Positions 18,690-27,751 of a DNA stretch of 64,000 nt are shown here, piece by piece. The notes beneath the pieces were generated by a model. The model saw nothing but the letters and a program-made list of their open reading frames with translations. It ran no database searches and was not told where the DNA came from. The first letter of the stretch is position 1. Each line of letters opens with the position of its first letter. A program made the translations under genes and the position numbers. The stretch is taken from the sequence record MK308676.1; one strand, given 5' to 3'.

Positions 18690-19169
18690 ATGTCTAAAAC
18701 TGTTGTGGGTCGAATTCGTGGCGATAAATATAAAGGCCACAATCCGAACCAAATTTACAAGAAGTTGGACGAAGTCTACATTTCAGGTATGGCATTCCTT
18801 TGTCTCGAGGATATAGAGATTAACTCTAATATCCCTTTGACGGATGTTACGAAGTGGCAAGAGTTCGCTTCGCTTGAAACTCTACGTATCCACTACGCAC
18901 ATGACGTGAATGCTGAGTACTTTAAAGACGAGCAGATGTGGGTAGGCGGTAAAGTGTATGTTGCTTTAGCAGATATCCCTGAAAACTCTAATGTAGATTT
19001 AACCGACGACACTAAGTGGGAAGAACTTCTTGCTAGTGAAGCTCTTGCTCCTACGGCTAACGACAAGATTACCATCACAGGCTTTACTGACCTGGGCGAT
19101 GGTAATTGGCAAGTGACGCCCCCCTGCGGGTTACGTACATTACGTACATATTGCTGGCGCCTCGCCTAA
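18690..19169 (+). CDS. CBM-like N-terminal module of second tailspike (5' part of frameshifted gene)
   Basis: Paralogous to 16856 (KTVVGRIRGDKY.GH...YKKLDEVY); sequence becomes unnatural after the C6 run at 19119-19124. Confidence 0.65.
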   Translation: MSKTVVGRIRGDKYKGHNPNQIYKKLDEVYISGMAFLCLEDIEINSNIPLTDVTKWQEFASLETLRIHYAHDVNAEYFKDEQMWVGGKVYVALADIPENSNVDLTDDTKWEELLASEALAPTANDKITITGFTDLGDGNWQVTPPCGLRTLRTYCWRLA

Positions 19170-20649
19170 CTACTTCGCTGAAGTTTCTACTATTGTAGAA
19201 CTTTCTAAGATTGGTGACTGGACGCGTGAAGGCGGACAGCTAACTATCCGTTGGCCTTCTAACCTAAACGACCTGGACGTGTTCCTCACTATGGGTTCTA
19301 GCTCCTCTGTGGCATACTACGGCATGGAAGTAGACGAGCCTGGGGAAATCCATAACCAAAACACTTACGGTGGTTTGCGTGGCTTTACAGTTACGGCTCT
19401 GGCACATCTGTTCCATTGTAAAGCAGAGAATGCTAACTTCCACGGTTTCGATATGCAGTTCCCTGGAGCTACACTGAGTCATTGTGAGAGCCATCACAAC
19501 GGTCAGTGGGACAAAGGCGAGACAGGTAACAATGTCGGTCACGGTGTTCTTATGCGTCGTGGCGGTACAGTGCGCCACCATAAGTCATATTGTCAAGCTG
19601 AAGATGGTTACCAAATTGGTACAGCCGTTCAAGGCAATGTTGCAGAGAACGATGAGTTTACTCTGGAACACTGTGAAGCGTACTACTGTTCTGAGGACAT
19701 GTTCGATATTAAAGAGACAGGTAAGAAATTAACCATTCGTCACTTTAGAGGACATGGCGCACTCGACTCAGCAATCAACTACCACCCGAATGTAGGCTCG
19801 GGTTTAGTAGAGATTACAGATGGGCGCTTCTCAGGCACCGTACAGATGCTTCGCGTCGCTCAGGTTGAATCTAGCATCCCTGCTAAGTTCAACACTGCCC
19901 GTAATGTCTTCGATGCTTCTAACCGTGGCTGGTCAGATAGTTCTGCTCCATGTTTCGATTGGAAGGCCAGTATCGATAATGCAGATGCTTACTTTGTCTC
20001 TATGGCGGACGTTTTCATCGGCGGCGGTACTCGCGGTATCTCTGACAAGCACGTAGTCAACATCAAGGGCGCTGGTAAGGTTAAACTGTTTAACCCGACC
20101 ATTCACGTGCCTTCTACTCCGAACGCAGGAGACGTTTCTGCAATCGGTATGTATGGTACGGCCGCTGTTGAGATTTACAACGCGTGCCTAACTAACTATG
20201 GCGGTGGTACCCGCGGCATCCTTGAAGTTGACGATAACACTCGCAGTATTAAGATTGCAGATTCTGTAATGTATGTCAAAGACGGGGACGACAATACGGT
20301 CTATGTGACTGTTGGTTCGACTACCTATACTAAGGCAGACATTGAAGGTGCAAACTTCGGCGGGGAAGGCAACATCGTAGACGGTAGCGTGGAGCTAACT
20401 AATCTATACATCAAATCGCCTAACTACATGGACGAAGCTAATAACCTACTAGCTCCTCTTTACATTACGCCACATATGGCAAACCACGGTCTAGCTGTGA
20501 ATGCGCCAATGAAAGACGTAATGGGTCTACCATTCAACCACTGGAGTTGGATGGGCGGTTCTGAGAACGTTAGTATGGGCGTTGGCGCTTACCATGCCTA
20601 CAGCGGACGAATGCTCCGTGCTAAGAATTCACATACTCTAGCGAAATAA
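19117..20649 (+). CDS. Beta-helix tailspike/depolymerase (3' part of frameshifted gene)
   Basis: Frame open from 19117, not only from the called GTG at 19279. PbH1-like repeats (HGVLMRRG, EDGYQIG, EDMFDIK, DSAINYH). Confidence 0.65.
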   Translation, partial: RPPAGYVHYVHIAGASPNYFAEVSTIVELSKIGDWTREGGQLTIRWPSNLNDLDVFLTMGSSSSVAYYGMEVDEPGEIHNQNTYGGLRGFTVTALAHLFHCKAENANFHGFDMQFPGATLSHCESHHNGQWDKGETGNNVGHGVLMRRGGTVRHHKSYCQAEDGYQIGTAVQGNVAENDEFTLEHCEAYYCSEDMFDIKETGKKLTIRHFRGHGALDSAINYHPNVGSGLVEITDGRFSGTVQMLRVAQVESSIPAKFNTARNVFDASNRGWSDSSAPCFDWKASIDNADAYFVSMADVFIGGGTRGISDKHVVNIKGAGKVKLFNPTIHVPSTPNAGDVSAIGMYGTAAVEIYNACLTNYGGGTRGILEVDDNTRSIKIADSVMYVKDGDDNTVYVTVGSTTYTKADIEGANFGGEGNIVDGSVELTNLYIKSPNYMDEANNLLAPLYITPHMANHGLAVNAPMKDVMGLPFNHWSWMGGSENVSMGVGAYHAYSGRMLRAKNSHTLAK

Positions 20650-20664
20650 AAAAAAAATAAGAGT

Positions 20665-20688
20665 CCCTACTGGCCGAAGCCAGTAGGG
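20665..20688. terminator. Bidirectional intrinsic terminator
   Basis: CCCTACTGGC-CGAA-GCCAGTAGGG between convergent genes, A-tract before and T-tract after. Confidence 0.85.
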
Positions 20689-20694
20689 GTCTTT

Positions 20695-21006
20695 TTATTC
20701 GTCTTCAGACGGGAACGTCTCGTCGATTACGAGGCCTTGTTTCTTAAGAGACTTCGCTCGAGCCACAGCGACGTCGATGTGACAAACCATGTGACAAAGA
20801 AACTTAGAAGCATCGCGTTTGCCTACCTGGTGAGATTCATACCACCACTTAAAACCGTCTAGGTAAATACATGCGTTCTTATCGCCGTCTTCAGTTACTT
20901 TAAGTAACATTGACTGCGGGATAAAGAAGTCGATGTAAATATGCTCAAGACCTTGCTTCTTGGCTTTCTTGATTTGCTTTTTAACGCGCTTTTTATTACC
21001 TGCCAT
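20695..21006 (-). CDS. Hypothetical protein, basic N-terminus
   Basis: Start moved to MAGNKK at 21006 (GAGG RBS). Confidence 0.65.
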   Translation of the reverse strand: MAGNKKRVKKQIKKAKKQGLEHIYIDFFIPQSMLLKVTEDGDKNACIYLDGFKWWYESHQVGKRDASKFLCHMVCHIDVAVARAKSLKKQGLVIDETFPSEDE

Positions 21007-21043
21007 AATAGGTGCCTCTTTTATCTTAAGTTCGAAATGTTTT

Positions 21044-21334
21044 TTATTTTTGGTCGTGGTCAACCGATATGGTACAAAGGCTTAAACTAAAGTAGACCGT
21101 CTTATGGTCGACGACGCCTTTGTAGACGCGATTGATGCCGTTCTCTGTAAAGTCTTTAACGTCCGTTTTCTTTACCCAAAGATAGTGACTACCGTGTCGT
21201 CCGCAGTCGACGTACATGTGTTGTACCACGCCGCCTAAATCACGGACTGCGTCGCTAACCTCATAAGGCTTCGGGAAAGCGTCCACGTTGAAAGAAGATA
21301 GGCACAGAAGTAGTAAAGCGAATAATTTTTCCAT
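21044..21334 (-). CDS. Small secreted/periplasmic protein
   Basis: Signal-peptide-like MEKLFALLLLCLSSFNVDA; two Cys in the mature part. Confidence 0.65.
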   Translation of the reverse strand: MEKLFALLLLCLSSFNVDAFPKPYEVSDAVRDLGGVVQHMYVDCGRHGSHYLWVKKTDVKDFTENGINRVYKGVVDHKTVYFSLSLCTISVDHDQK

Positions 21335-21398
21335 GGTGTTCTCTCTTTAAGATAGAAATGATTAAGCTCCCTCTCCCGAAGGAGAAGGAGTACTTAGT

Positions 21399-23231
21399 TT
21401 ATACGGTGAACTTGCTTAGAGCAACACCTTGCTCTTCACATAGTTCCATTACTTCACCCAGTTCGTCTTTAGACTTAGCAGAGCCGTCAGAGATTTCCTG
21501 AGATAGGTCTTTCACTCGAGTAGCGTTGAGGTTAATCTCATTGCTTACAAGCGATTGCTGTTCTGATGCTGTAGCGGTCTGAATAGACATGCTGGTAATC
21601 TCAGAGACAGCTTTAGAGATGTCGTTAAGGTTAGAAGCGGCAACAGCTGCTTTATCAATTGCCCCATCCGTAGAAGCCTTACCGTCCTCAATGGTCTCAA
21701 AGACTTCTTGAGCGTGGTTAGTAATCTCTTCTAGAATGGTATTGATTTGAACTGTGCTTTCTTGCGTATCCTTGGCTAGCTTACGAACTTCGTCTGCTAC
21801 CACTGCAAAACCTCGACCTGCATCGCCTGCACGTGCTGCTTCAATTGCTGCGTTAAGTGCAAGTAAGTTGGTTTGGTCTGCCACGCCAGAAATAACTTCC
21901 AGTACTTCGGTGATACTTGCCGTAGAACCGATTAGGTTAGTAGTAGTGTTTACAGCGCTCTCCATTACTTCACCTACGTGAGTAATAGCCGCTGATGTAG
22001 CTTCTACAGAATCCAGACCAGAACGTACAGAGGTTTCTGCCTCTTCTGTACTAGCCGCGGTAGATTGAGCATTAGATGCAATCTCTACGCTAGATGCTGC
22101 CATCTCTTCCATAGCTGAAGCTAGTGACTCTAGCTCTGCCATTTGTTCAGTTACATTGCTTACGTTCTGAGTAGACACTGCTCCCACAGAGATGACTGCA
22201 TTACTAATGCCGCCAGATATCTCTTTAAGGCGCTGTACGTCTTTCTGAAGGTTCGCAGCAAACGTATTGACAGATTGTGCCATGGCAGCAAACTCTTCGT
22301 CAGAGTCTTCGCTAATGCGTTTAGTGAGGTCTGCTTCACCAGAAGCTAAATCCTGTAAAGCATTGCGTAGTTCTTGAAGAGGACGCATTAGGTACATCGC
22401 TGTTACAATAGCTAGACCAGATACTACAGCAGTGGTAATACCGGCAATGATAAGTAGTAGTACAAGTAAGTCTTTGACTGGCTGCTCAATAACAGAAGTC
22501 GGTTTCTTAACGTCTACTACCCAACCCGCAGAAGGAATAGTAACTAACACAGTAGTCATTTCTTCTTTAGGTGCTTTCTGCTGACGGATGTTCTTGCCGA
22601 TTAAGTACTCGTCTTTATGTGCAATGATGTTACTCGTTGCTTTACTGTAAAGGACAAGTTCCGTACCGTTAACATGAGCAATGCGGTTTAACTCATCGCC
22701 TAGTTCGCCTAGGTTAGTATCAAAGAACACAGCACCGTCATTCTTACCGTTCTTGTAAACAGGAATGGCAATTGACGTTACGAGTTCTTGAGTGGCTAAG
22801 TCTACGTACGGTTCAGTTTGGATAGGTTTACCCGCAGCTATTGAGTCCTTGTACCAGTCGCGTGTACGGCCGTCGTAGTTCGCGGGCATACGGCTTTCCG
22901 GTACAGACGTAGTAAACTCACCTTCGCGGTTTACATAACCCACCATGTCGAAAGCATTCAGTAGAGTAGCTCCCTTTAATAGGTGGGCTGCTTCTTCCAT
23001 ACTTTCGGTTTTGGATAGACCATCTGCGATAGCTTTAGCTAAAGTCATGTTGCCGTCTAACTGTCCCGTAATACGAGAAGCCATGTTGTCGGCAGTGAGT
23101 GAAAGAGAATCTTTAGCATTCTCTAGAATCTGTTCTTTCTCGACTTGGTAAGTAACGCCGGTCAGAACACCGCCCATAATCAATGGGATAATAATAAATG
23201 ATGCGAATAACTTAGTCTTAAAATTAAACAT
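21399..23231 (-). CDS. mcp: Methyl-accepting chemotaxis protein (TM1-dCache_1-TM2-HAMP-signalling domain)
   Basis: Signalling tip [37 protein letters not shown]-type (here VADQTNLL...); [28 protein letters not shown]; methylation EE/EQ pairs; dCache YDGRTRDWY...EPYVD...FFD. Start moved to 23231 (GGAG RBS). Confidence 0.95.
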   Translation of the reverse strand: MFNFKTKLFASFIIIPLIMGGVLTGVTYQVEKEQILENAKDSLSLTADNMASRITGQLDGNMTLAKAIADGLSKTESMEEAAHLLKGATLLNAFDMVGYVNREGEFTTSVPESRMPANYDGRTRDWYKDSIAAGKPIQTEPYVDLATQELVTSIAIPVYKNGKNDGAVFFDTNLGELGDELNRIAHVNGTELVLYSKATSNIIAHKDEYLIGKNIRQQKAPKEEMTTVLVTIPSAGWVVDVKKPTSVIEQPVKDLLVLLLIIAGITTAVVSGLAIVTAMYLMRPLQELRNALQDLASGEADLTKRISEDSDEEFAAMAQSVNTFAANLQKDVQRLKEISGGISNAVISVGAVSTQNVSNVTEQMAELESLASAMEEMAASSVEIASNAQSTAASTEEAETSVRSGLDSVEATSAAITHVGEVMESAVNTTTNLIGSTASITEVLEVISGVADQTNLLALNAAIEAARAGDAGRGFAVVADEVRKLAKDTQESTVQINTILEEITNHAQEVFETIEDGKASTDGAIDKAAVAASNLNDISKAVSEITSMSIQTATASEQQSLVSNEINLNATRVKDLSQEISDGSAKSKDELGEVMELCEEQGVALSKFTV

Positions 23232-23266
23232 GATAGTTCTCCGAAATACAAAAAGGAAAAGAAGCA

Positions 23267-23296
23267 ACAGTAGCCAACCGCATGGTTGGCTACTGT
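23267..23296 (-). terminator. Hairpin/terminator between YadA-like gene and MCP
   Basis: ACAGTAGCCAAC-CGCATG-GTTGGCTACTGT; T-rich run follows on the minus strand. Confidence 0.65.
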
Positions 23297-23331
23297 ATAT
23301 GCTTACAGGTAGCTCTCTTGAGAGCTTGTCA

Positions 23332-23772
23332 TTAGTAGCTGTATGCTACGCCAGCACCTGCTGCTACATCTTCAAAGTCGCCGCTCACGATTGTAGCTGC
23401 AACGTGAACTTTACCAGTCCAGTTTTCGTTGATGCGGTATGCGCCACCGATTGCTAGAGCTTGTGCGTCACCTGCTGTACCAACACCGAAACCAAACTTA
23501 CCAGTTTCAGCGTCAATAGTGGTGTGTGCTTTAGCGCCGTTACCTAGGTCAGTCTCAGTACGGATTACTGAGTCGTTACTTTCCACAGGCATGTTAGCTA
23601 GACGTGCAGCTTCTAGGCGAGCGCCGCGTTCTAGTTCTAGGTTGGCGTAGAAGTCGTCAGAGACTTCAGTCATTACAGTTGCGTCAACAACGTTAGAGTT
23701 GCAGATACAGTTGTCGTTTGCGATAGCAGTAAAAGAAGTAGATAGTAGTAGGGCGATTAGTAGGTTTTTCAT
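23332..23772 (-). CDS. Minimal YadA-like trimeric autotransporter (signal peptide, short stalk, 4-strand anchor)
   Basis: [18 protein letters not shown] signal; A..AA.LA.MP linker helix; FGFGVG...[14 protein letters not shown]...AGAGVAYSY anchor ending in an aromatic residue. Confidence 0.8.
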   Translation of the reverse strand: MKNLLIALLLSTSFTAIANDNCICNSNVVDATVMTEVSDDFYANLELERGARLEAARLANMPVESNDSVIRTETDLGNGAKAHTTIDAETGKFGFGVGTAGDAQALAIGGAYRINENWTGKVHVAATIVSGDFEDVAAGAGVAYSY

Positions 23773-23897
23773 AATAAATTCTCCGATATGAAAAAGTACC
23801 CTAACTGCATCAACGCAGTTAGGGCATATGGCAAAGATTAAAGGGACTTAATTGTCCAAGCTCACTATGATAATATGGGTTTTAGATTTCCTTGAAA

Positions 23898-24839
23898 TCA
23901 AATCTCCACGTCATCGTCAGGCTTCCACCCGAAGATAAGTTCTTTTCTAGCGTTCTCTAGCGCATTGAAATCAGGCAAGCCGTTAATAGGGAAACGCATG
24001 CTGGTACTGTAAGAAGCATCGCCTTCATAGATGCGGTCTACAACCATACAAGAGCCATTAAGGCAGTAATAGCCCACGCGGCGGCCCTTATCATCACGCA
24101 AGGTAATCTCTTTGAGGTCACCCGCCAGAGAAGTAAAGATAGAACCATCGCCTACGGAAAGGAATGACTTCGGAAACTCTCCGTCTTCACGTACCTGATG
24201 GCGGTATCTTAAATCGCCCGCATGGAAGCGGTCACGGATAAAGATAGTCGGTAACGCATCTTTATGACTAATCTCTAACTTCTCAGTGCGGCCCGCCTTA
24301 CTTAGCACTTTAACGCATTCTTCAGGTGCTACTGGCGGCTCATGTACTGCTTCCGCTAACTCTCCATTATCGTCCCAAGTTTGACGAACCGTTGTTTTAA
24401 GTTCGCCATCGCAATACCATTCTCTTAGCACAAGACGTTTACCGCCACAGGAGAAAAGTTTCACACAGAGAACCTCACGGTCTTCGTGTGTGTATTTGGT
24501 CTCCACGCGATAGATGCCCGCACCTTCATGAGTAATAGTACGTACTGCTTCCGTTACTTCAGGGCGGTCGTTAAAGACTAGCGTTGCCTGGGCGTCCGGT
24601 AAGCAGAAATGGAAAGCTTTAACGTGCTGACCGGTTTCATCCCACGTACACCATGCACCCTTCTCTAATACTTCGGCTACTTGGTCTACCCAAGAACCTT
24701 CAGCTAGAGCCGGCATATGGCGAAACTGAATTAGTGCGTGTTCGCCCATATGGTTTCGCATGACCTCCCCTGTTTGCGGAAGGTCTAGCAACTCTAAGAT
24801 TACTGGCGGGATTGAATATAACATATCGTTATCCGACAT
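23898..24839 (-). CDS. Hypothetical protein, dispersed paralogue family
   Basis: 313 aa; hairpin repeats (TWDDNGELAE, LRDDKGRRVG). Confidence 0.75.
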   Translation of the reverse strand: MSDNDMLYSIPPVILELLDLPQTGEVMRNHMGEHALIQFRHMPALAEGSWVDQVAEVLEKGAWCTWDETGQHVKAFHFCLPDAQATLVFNDRPEVTEAVRTITHEGAGIYRVETKYTHEDREVLCVKLFSCGGKRLVLREWYCDGELKTTVRQTWDDNGELAEAVHEPPVAPEECVKVLSKAGRTEKLEISHKDALPTIFIRDRFHAGDLRYRHQVREDGEFPKSFLSVGDGSIFTSLAGDLKEITLRDDKGRRVGYYCLNGSCMVVDRIYEGDASYSTSMRFPINGLPDFNALENARKELIFGWKPDDDVEI

Positions 24840-25725
24840 TTTCTACCTCTTTTCTATATGTGTTGTAGTCTCCGATAACTGCTATTTCTATGCCATTATG
24901 TTGACTGATTTGAAAACCTACGAAATCACGAAAGATGGGATTACCTTCAGCGTCACCTGTAGTAATGTTCATGTCTAAGAAGTCTATTGCTTTCTTCTCT
25001 TCTTGAAACATACCTGTTTGAGATAGGCCGCCTAAGATAGCTTTCTTTGCGTTCTCTGTGAAAGGCTGTTTACCTTTCGTTAAAAGTTTATTGAAGAGAC
25101 TAACGAAGAACTTTCGGTTTCCTTGTAATCCTTCCGTACTATCTACGAAAGCACACATCTCTACCTTATCGCCTTTACGGTAAACGAGCCGATAGACAAA
25201 CGCTTTAGCGTGTGTTGTCCATAGTTCTTCTCGTATCTTCTCTAATCCTTCCAATACCCATTGATGTGACCCAGGCCTAGCGATTGCCTTCTCTCCTTCA
25301 CCGAAAACATAATAGTGAACGAGCGGCAAACTAGTTTCTGAGAACAGTTGTGCAGTACGACTATTGGACTGTAACTTCAGTCGGTTACAGAAATGGATTT
25401 CATCTCGGAACTCCTCTTCGGGAAAACCGACCCATTCCTCTTCCTTTACTGTAGCTAGAATCTCTTTACCTAACTTCTTCGCTTCATAGCCCCGGGCAGA
25501 CTTTAGTTTGTCTATCTTGGCTTTAACATCGGCAGGCCAAGCTTTATCCAGCATGGTGGTGCGTATGAAGTACCACGCACCTTCCACTGTCTTGAAATAA
25601 CCGAAGTCCGGATGCGAAAAAGAAAGGTCAGCAAAGTGAGTAAGAGCCCGACCTATTTCGGTCTGGCCCTTACTGTACACATTGATGTGGTCGTATCCGT
25701 CTCTATTTGGATTGACCTCCGACAT
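24829..25725 (-). CDS. NADAR-like N-terminal domain protein
   Basis: DGYDHINVYSKGQTEIGRALTHF...FKTVEGAWYF...A..LG...RLK..LVHYY resembles phage NADAR/YbiA-like ADP-ribose-processing proteins; extra C-terminal domain. Confidence 0.5.
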   Translation of the reverse strand: MSEVNPNRDGYDHINVYSKGQTEIGRALTHFADLSFSHPDFGYFKTVEGAWYFIRTTMLDKAWPADVKAKIDKLKSARGYEAKKLGKEILATVKEEEWVGFPEEEFRDEIHFCNRLKLQSNSRTAQLFSETSLPLVHYYVFGEGEKAIARPGSHQWVLEGLEKIREELWTTHAKAFVYRLVYRKGDKVEMCAFVDSTEGLQGNRKFFVSLFNKLLTKGKQPFTENAKKAILGGLSQTGMFQEEKKAIDFLDMNITTGDAEGNPIFRDFVGFQISQHNGIEIAVIGDYNTYRKEVENVG

Positions 25726-26788
25726 AAACCAATAGTTCCTCTTGACTAGTTGGAATGCGAGTTTCGAAATGAACACTATAACGGTCACAGACTAGGTGTA
25801 CTGTCTTACCGGTAGCTGGGTCCAAGCGACGGTCATAATCCGCAAAGTGGCCACCGCCATAAGCGATGCGCTCAATGCGCTTATTAGCGTCCCATTGGTA
25901 GTAGCTACATTTAGGGATGTGTTCGTCACGCACTGTCTTAATCTCGCCATCAATCTCTTTGTGAGGAGTGATGAAGCGATGTGACAGTTTTTGGTAGAGC
26001 ATGTTGTCACGGAAAGTATAAGTATACATAACGTGACCAAAGCGCTCCTGTTCTTGGAACATAGCGCGGTGGTGCGTTACTGTAAACTCGCCCTTGCCTA
26101 GACCCTGGGACATACGCAGAGCCTCACGGTTCTTGTAGTCATCCCAACGGAACTTCTCTTCCACTTCTTCAGGCATGATGTCGTTACGCTCACACATAAC
26201 GCCAAACACAGCTTCCCAACGCTCTTTAAAGATACGCTGTTCACAGAACACGCCAGGGGTTTTAGCACGACGATGATGGTATGCCACATAGCTATTGCTT
26301 TCATTGAATGAAACAAAGCCCATGTAGTGACCGCGCTGAGAATACTGATACACGCGAGTAGTGATGCGCTGGTTTGCTTCAGACGTACATACGGAACGCA
26401 GTAGCTTACCCTCAGTAGAGAAGTAGTATTCGAACCATTGTAGTCCGCTATCTACTGTTGTCTTGATATAGTCATCTTCAAAGATAACTTCGAAATGCAC
26501 TGGAACACGACGAGAGATTTCTTTGTTGTACCCGCGAGACATCATCATGTCAAACGGATGTTCACAAGTAAAACGGAAATCGTCCGAAAGGTCATCCAAG
26601 AATTCTGCATTGTTTAATACTTCTAGTAAAGGCGCCACCAACGAACCACGGTACTGATTAAGTTCTTCTAGAGAACAAGGCACGATACCTTCAGCTTTAA
26701 GGTCATTGGTTAAATCCATTCCTAGGATAGGGATAAGGATTACGTCATTAACTAGTGTTTCCATCGACAGCATATCTGCGTTTTTCAT
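25703..26788 (-). CDS. Hypothetical protein, dispersed paralogue family
   Basis: 361 aa; YYFSTEGKLLR, YQYSQRGHY, YQWDANKRIER hairpins. Confidence 0.75.
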   Translation of the reverse strand: MKNADMLSMETLVNDVILIPILGMDLTNDLKAEGIVPCSLEELNQYRGSLVAPLLEVLNNAEFLDDLSDDFRFTCEHPFDMMMSRGYNKEISRRVPVHFEVIFEDDYIKTTVDSGLQWFEYYFSTEGKLLRSVCTSEANQRITTRVYQYSQRGHYMGFVSFNESNSYVAYHHRRAKTPGVFCEQRIFKERWEAVFGVMCERNDIMPEEVEEKFRWDDYKNREALRMSQGLGKGEFTVTHHRAMFQEQERFGHVMYTYTFRDNMLYQKLSHRFITPHKEIDGEIKTVRDEHIPKCSYYQWDANKRIERIAYGGGHFADYDRRLDPATGKTVHLVCDRYSVHFETRIPTSQEELLVYVGGQSK

Positions 26789-26865
26789 TTTGTGTTCCTC
26801 TGTTTAAATTAGTCATTTTCAATCTCCTGGTACATTGAATTTTGACCGAATGTTATTTATGATAA

Positions 26866-27513
26866 TTAGTGAAGCTCGATGCTTTCGCAATGAACTTTAG
26901 GCTGGTCTTTAGTGAAACCGATAACGGTAACCGAAGAAGGACATACGGCAGACCATAGCCATTCGCCCTCGACTGCTTTAAAGCGGTCTATTCCATTTCC
27001 ACGACAGTAGTAAACCTCTTTTAAGATACCGTCGTTGGCGTGGCCGTGGTAAGTAATCTCGAAGTCTTCAGCGAGATTAGATTGCTGCATTAAGCGTCCT
27101 TTCTCATCAAAACAGCTTACTACGTTTACCTTGCCGTTTGCGGTTTTAAGCGTAGTGCGGTGACCGCCCGTGGCTCGCTCTTCTCGAGTTACCGTGAAGA
27201 TATCGTCATTGGAATCACGGATGTGAAGGAGATGGCCTTCGTCGTTAAAGTAGTAACGCACCGAATGGCGAGTGTAAACATAGCAGTTGCTACTCTCCAT
27301 GAAGTGATAGGCACGTTCTCGGAACCACAGCTCTTTCCCTGCTTTATTAAAGAAGAGGAACGGAGCTTCTGCCTGACCTAGAATGGGGCCAAGGAAAACA
27401 TTCGCCAAATCGATGTTTTTATCAGTTACCGGAATGAGCCCCTTAGACTGCATGATGGCCAACGTTCTGAAGTCTAAAGCGACCTCCAGCATGTCATACG
27501 TAAACTTATCCAT
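26866..27513 (-). CDS. Hypothetical protein, dispersed paralogue family
   Basis: 215 aa; YYFNDEGHLLH, CFDEKGRLMQ hairpins. Confidence 0.75.
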   Translation of the reverse strand: MDKFTYDMLEVALDFRTLAIMQSKGLIPVTDKNIDLANVFLGPILGQAEAPFLFFNKAGKELWFRERAYHFMESSNCYVYTRHSVRYYFNDEGHLLHIRDSNDDIFTVTREERATGGHRTTLKTANGKVNVVSCFDEKGRLMQQSNLAEDFEITYHGHANDGILKEVYYCRGNGIDRFKAVEGEWLWSAVCPSSVTVIGFTKDQPKVHCESIELH

Positions 27514-27751
27514 TAGCTAGTTCTCCTATGGCTTTAGATTGTAGAGGTATCAGGTCATCTTCGCTTTGAGTCCAGACGTCTTCATCGTGAAGGATTACCT
27601 TCTTAATGTCGTAACGGATTTCCATCGGCTTATCTTTACGGAAGATAGGACGGATAGCGATTACTTCACCCTCCAATACTGTGCCCATTGCATTGAACTT
27701 AATGTCCTGGCTCATAGTGAACGCTGGCGTGATTGTGATTTTATTTCCCAT
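27506..27751 (-). CDS. Hypothetical protein
   Basis: 81-aa ORF, coupled. Confidence 0.6.
   Translation of the reverse strand: MGNKITITPAFTMSQDIKFNAMGTVLEGEVIAIRPIFRKDKPMEIRYDIKKVILHDEDVWTQSEDDLIPLQSKAIGELANG

Noticed and set aside
20646-20660. Poly-A run as a phase-variable tract
   Set aside because: Lies at and after the stop codon and serves as the U-tract of the minus-strand terminator.
21399-23231. MCP as host contamination
   Set aside because: Flanked seamlessly by phage-style genes and hairpins, with the same apparent GATC avoidance and codon style; read-level confirmation is still needed.
21754-23457. Plus-strand ORFs opposite the MCP and YadA-like genes
   Set aside because: Antisense shadows of strongly supported genes; no RBS.
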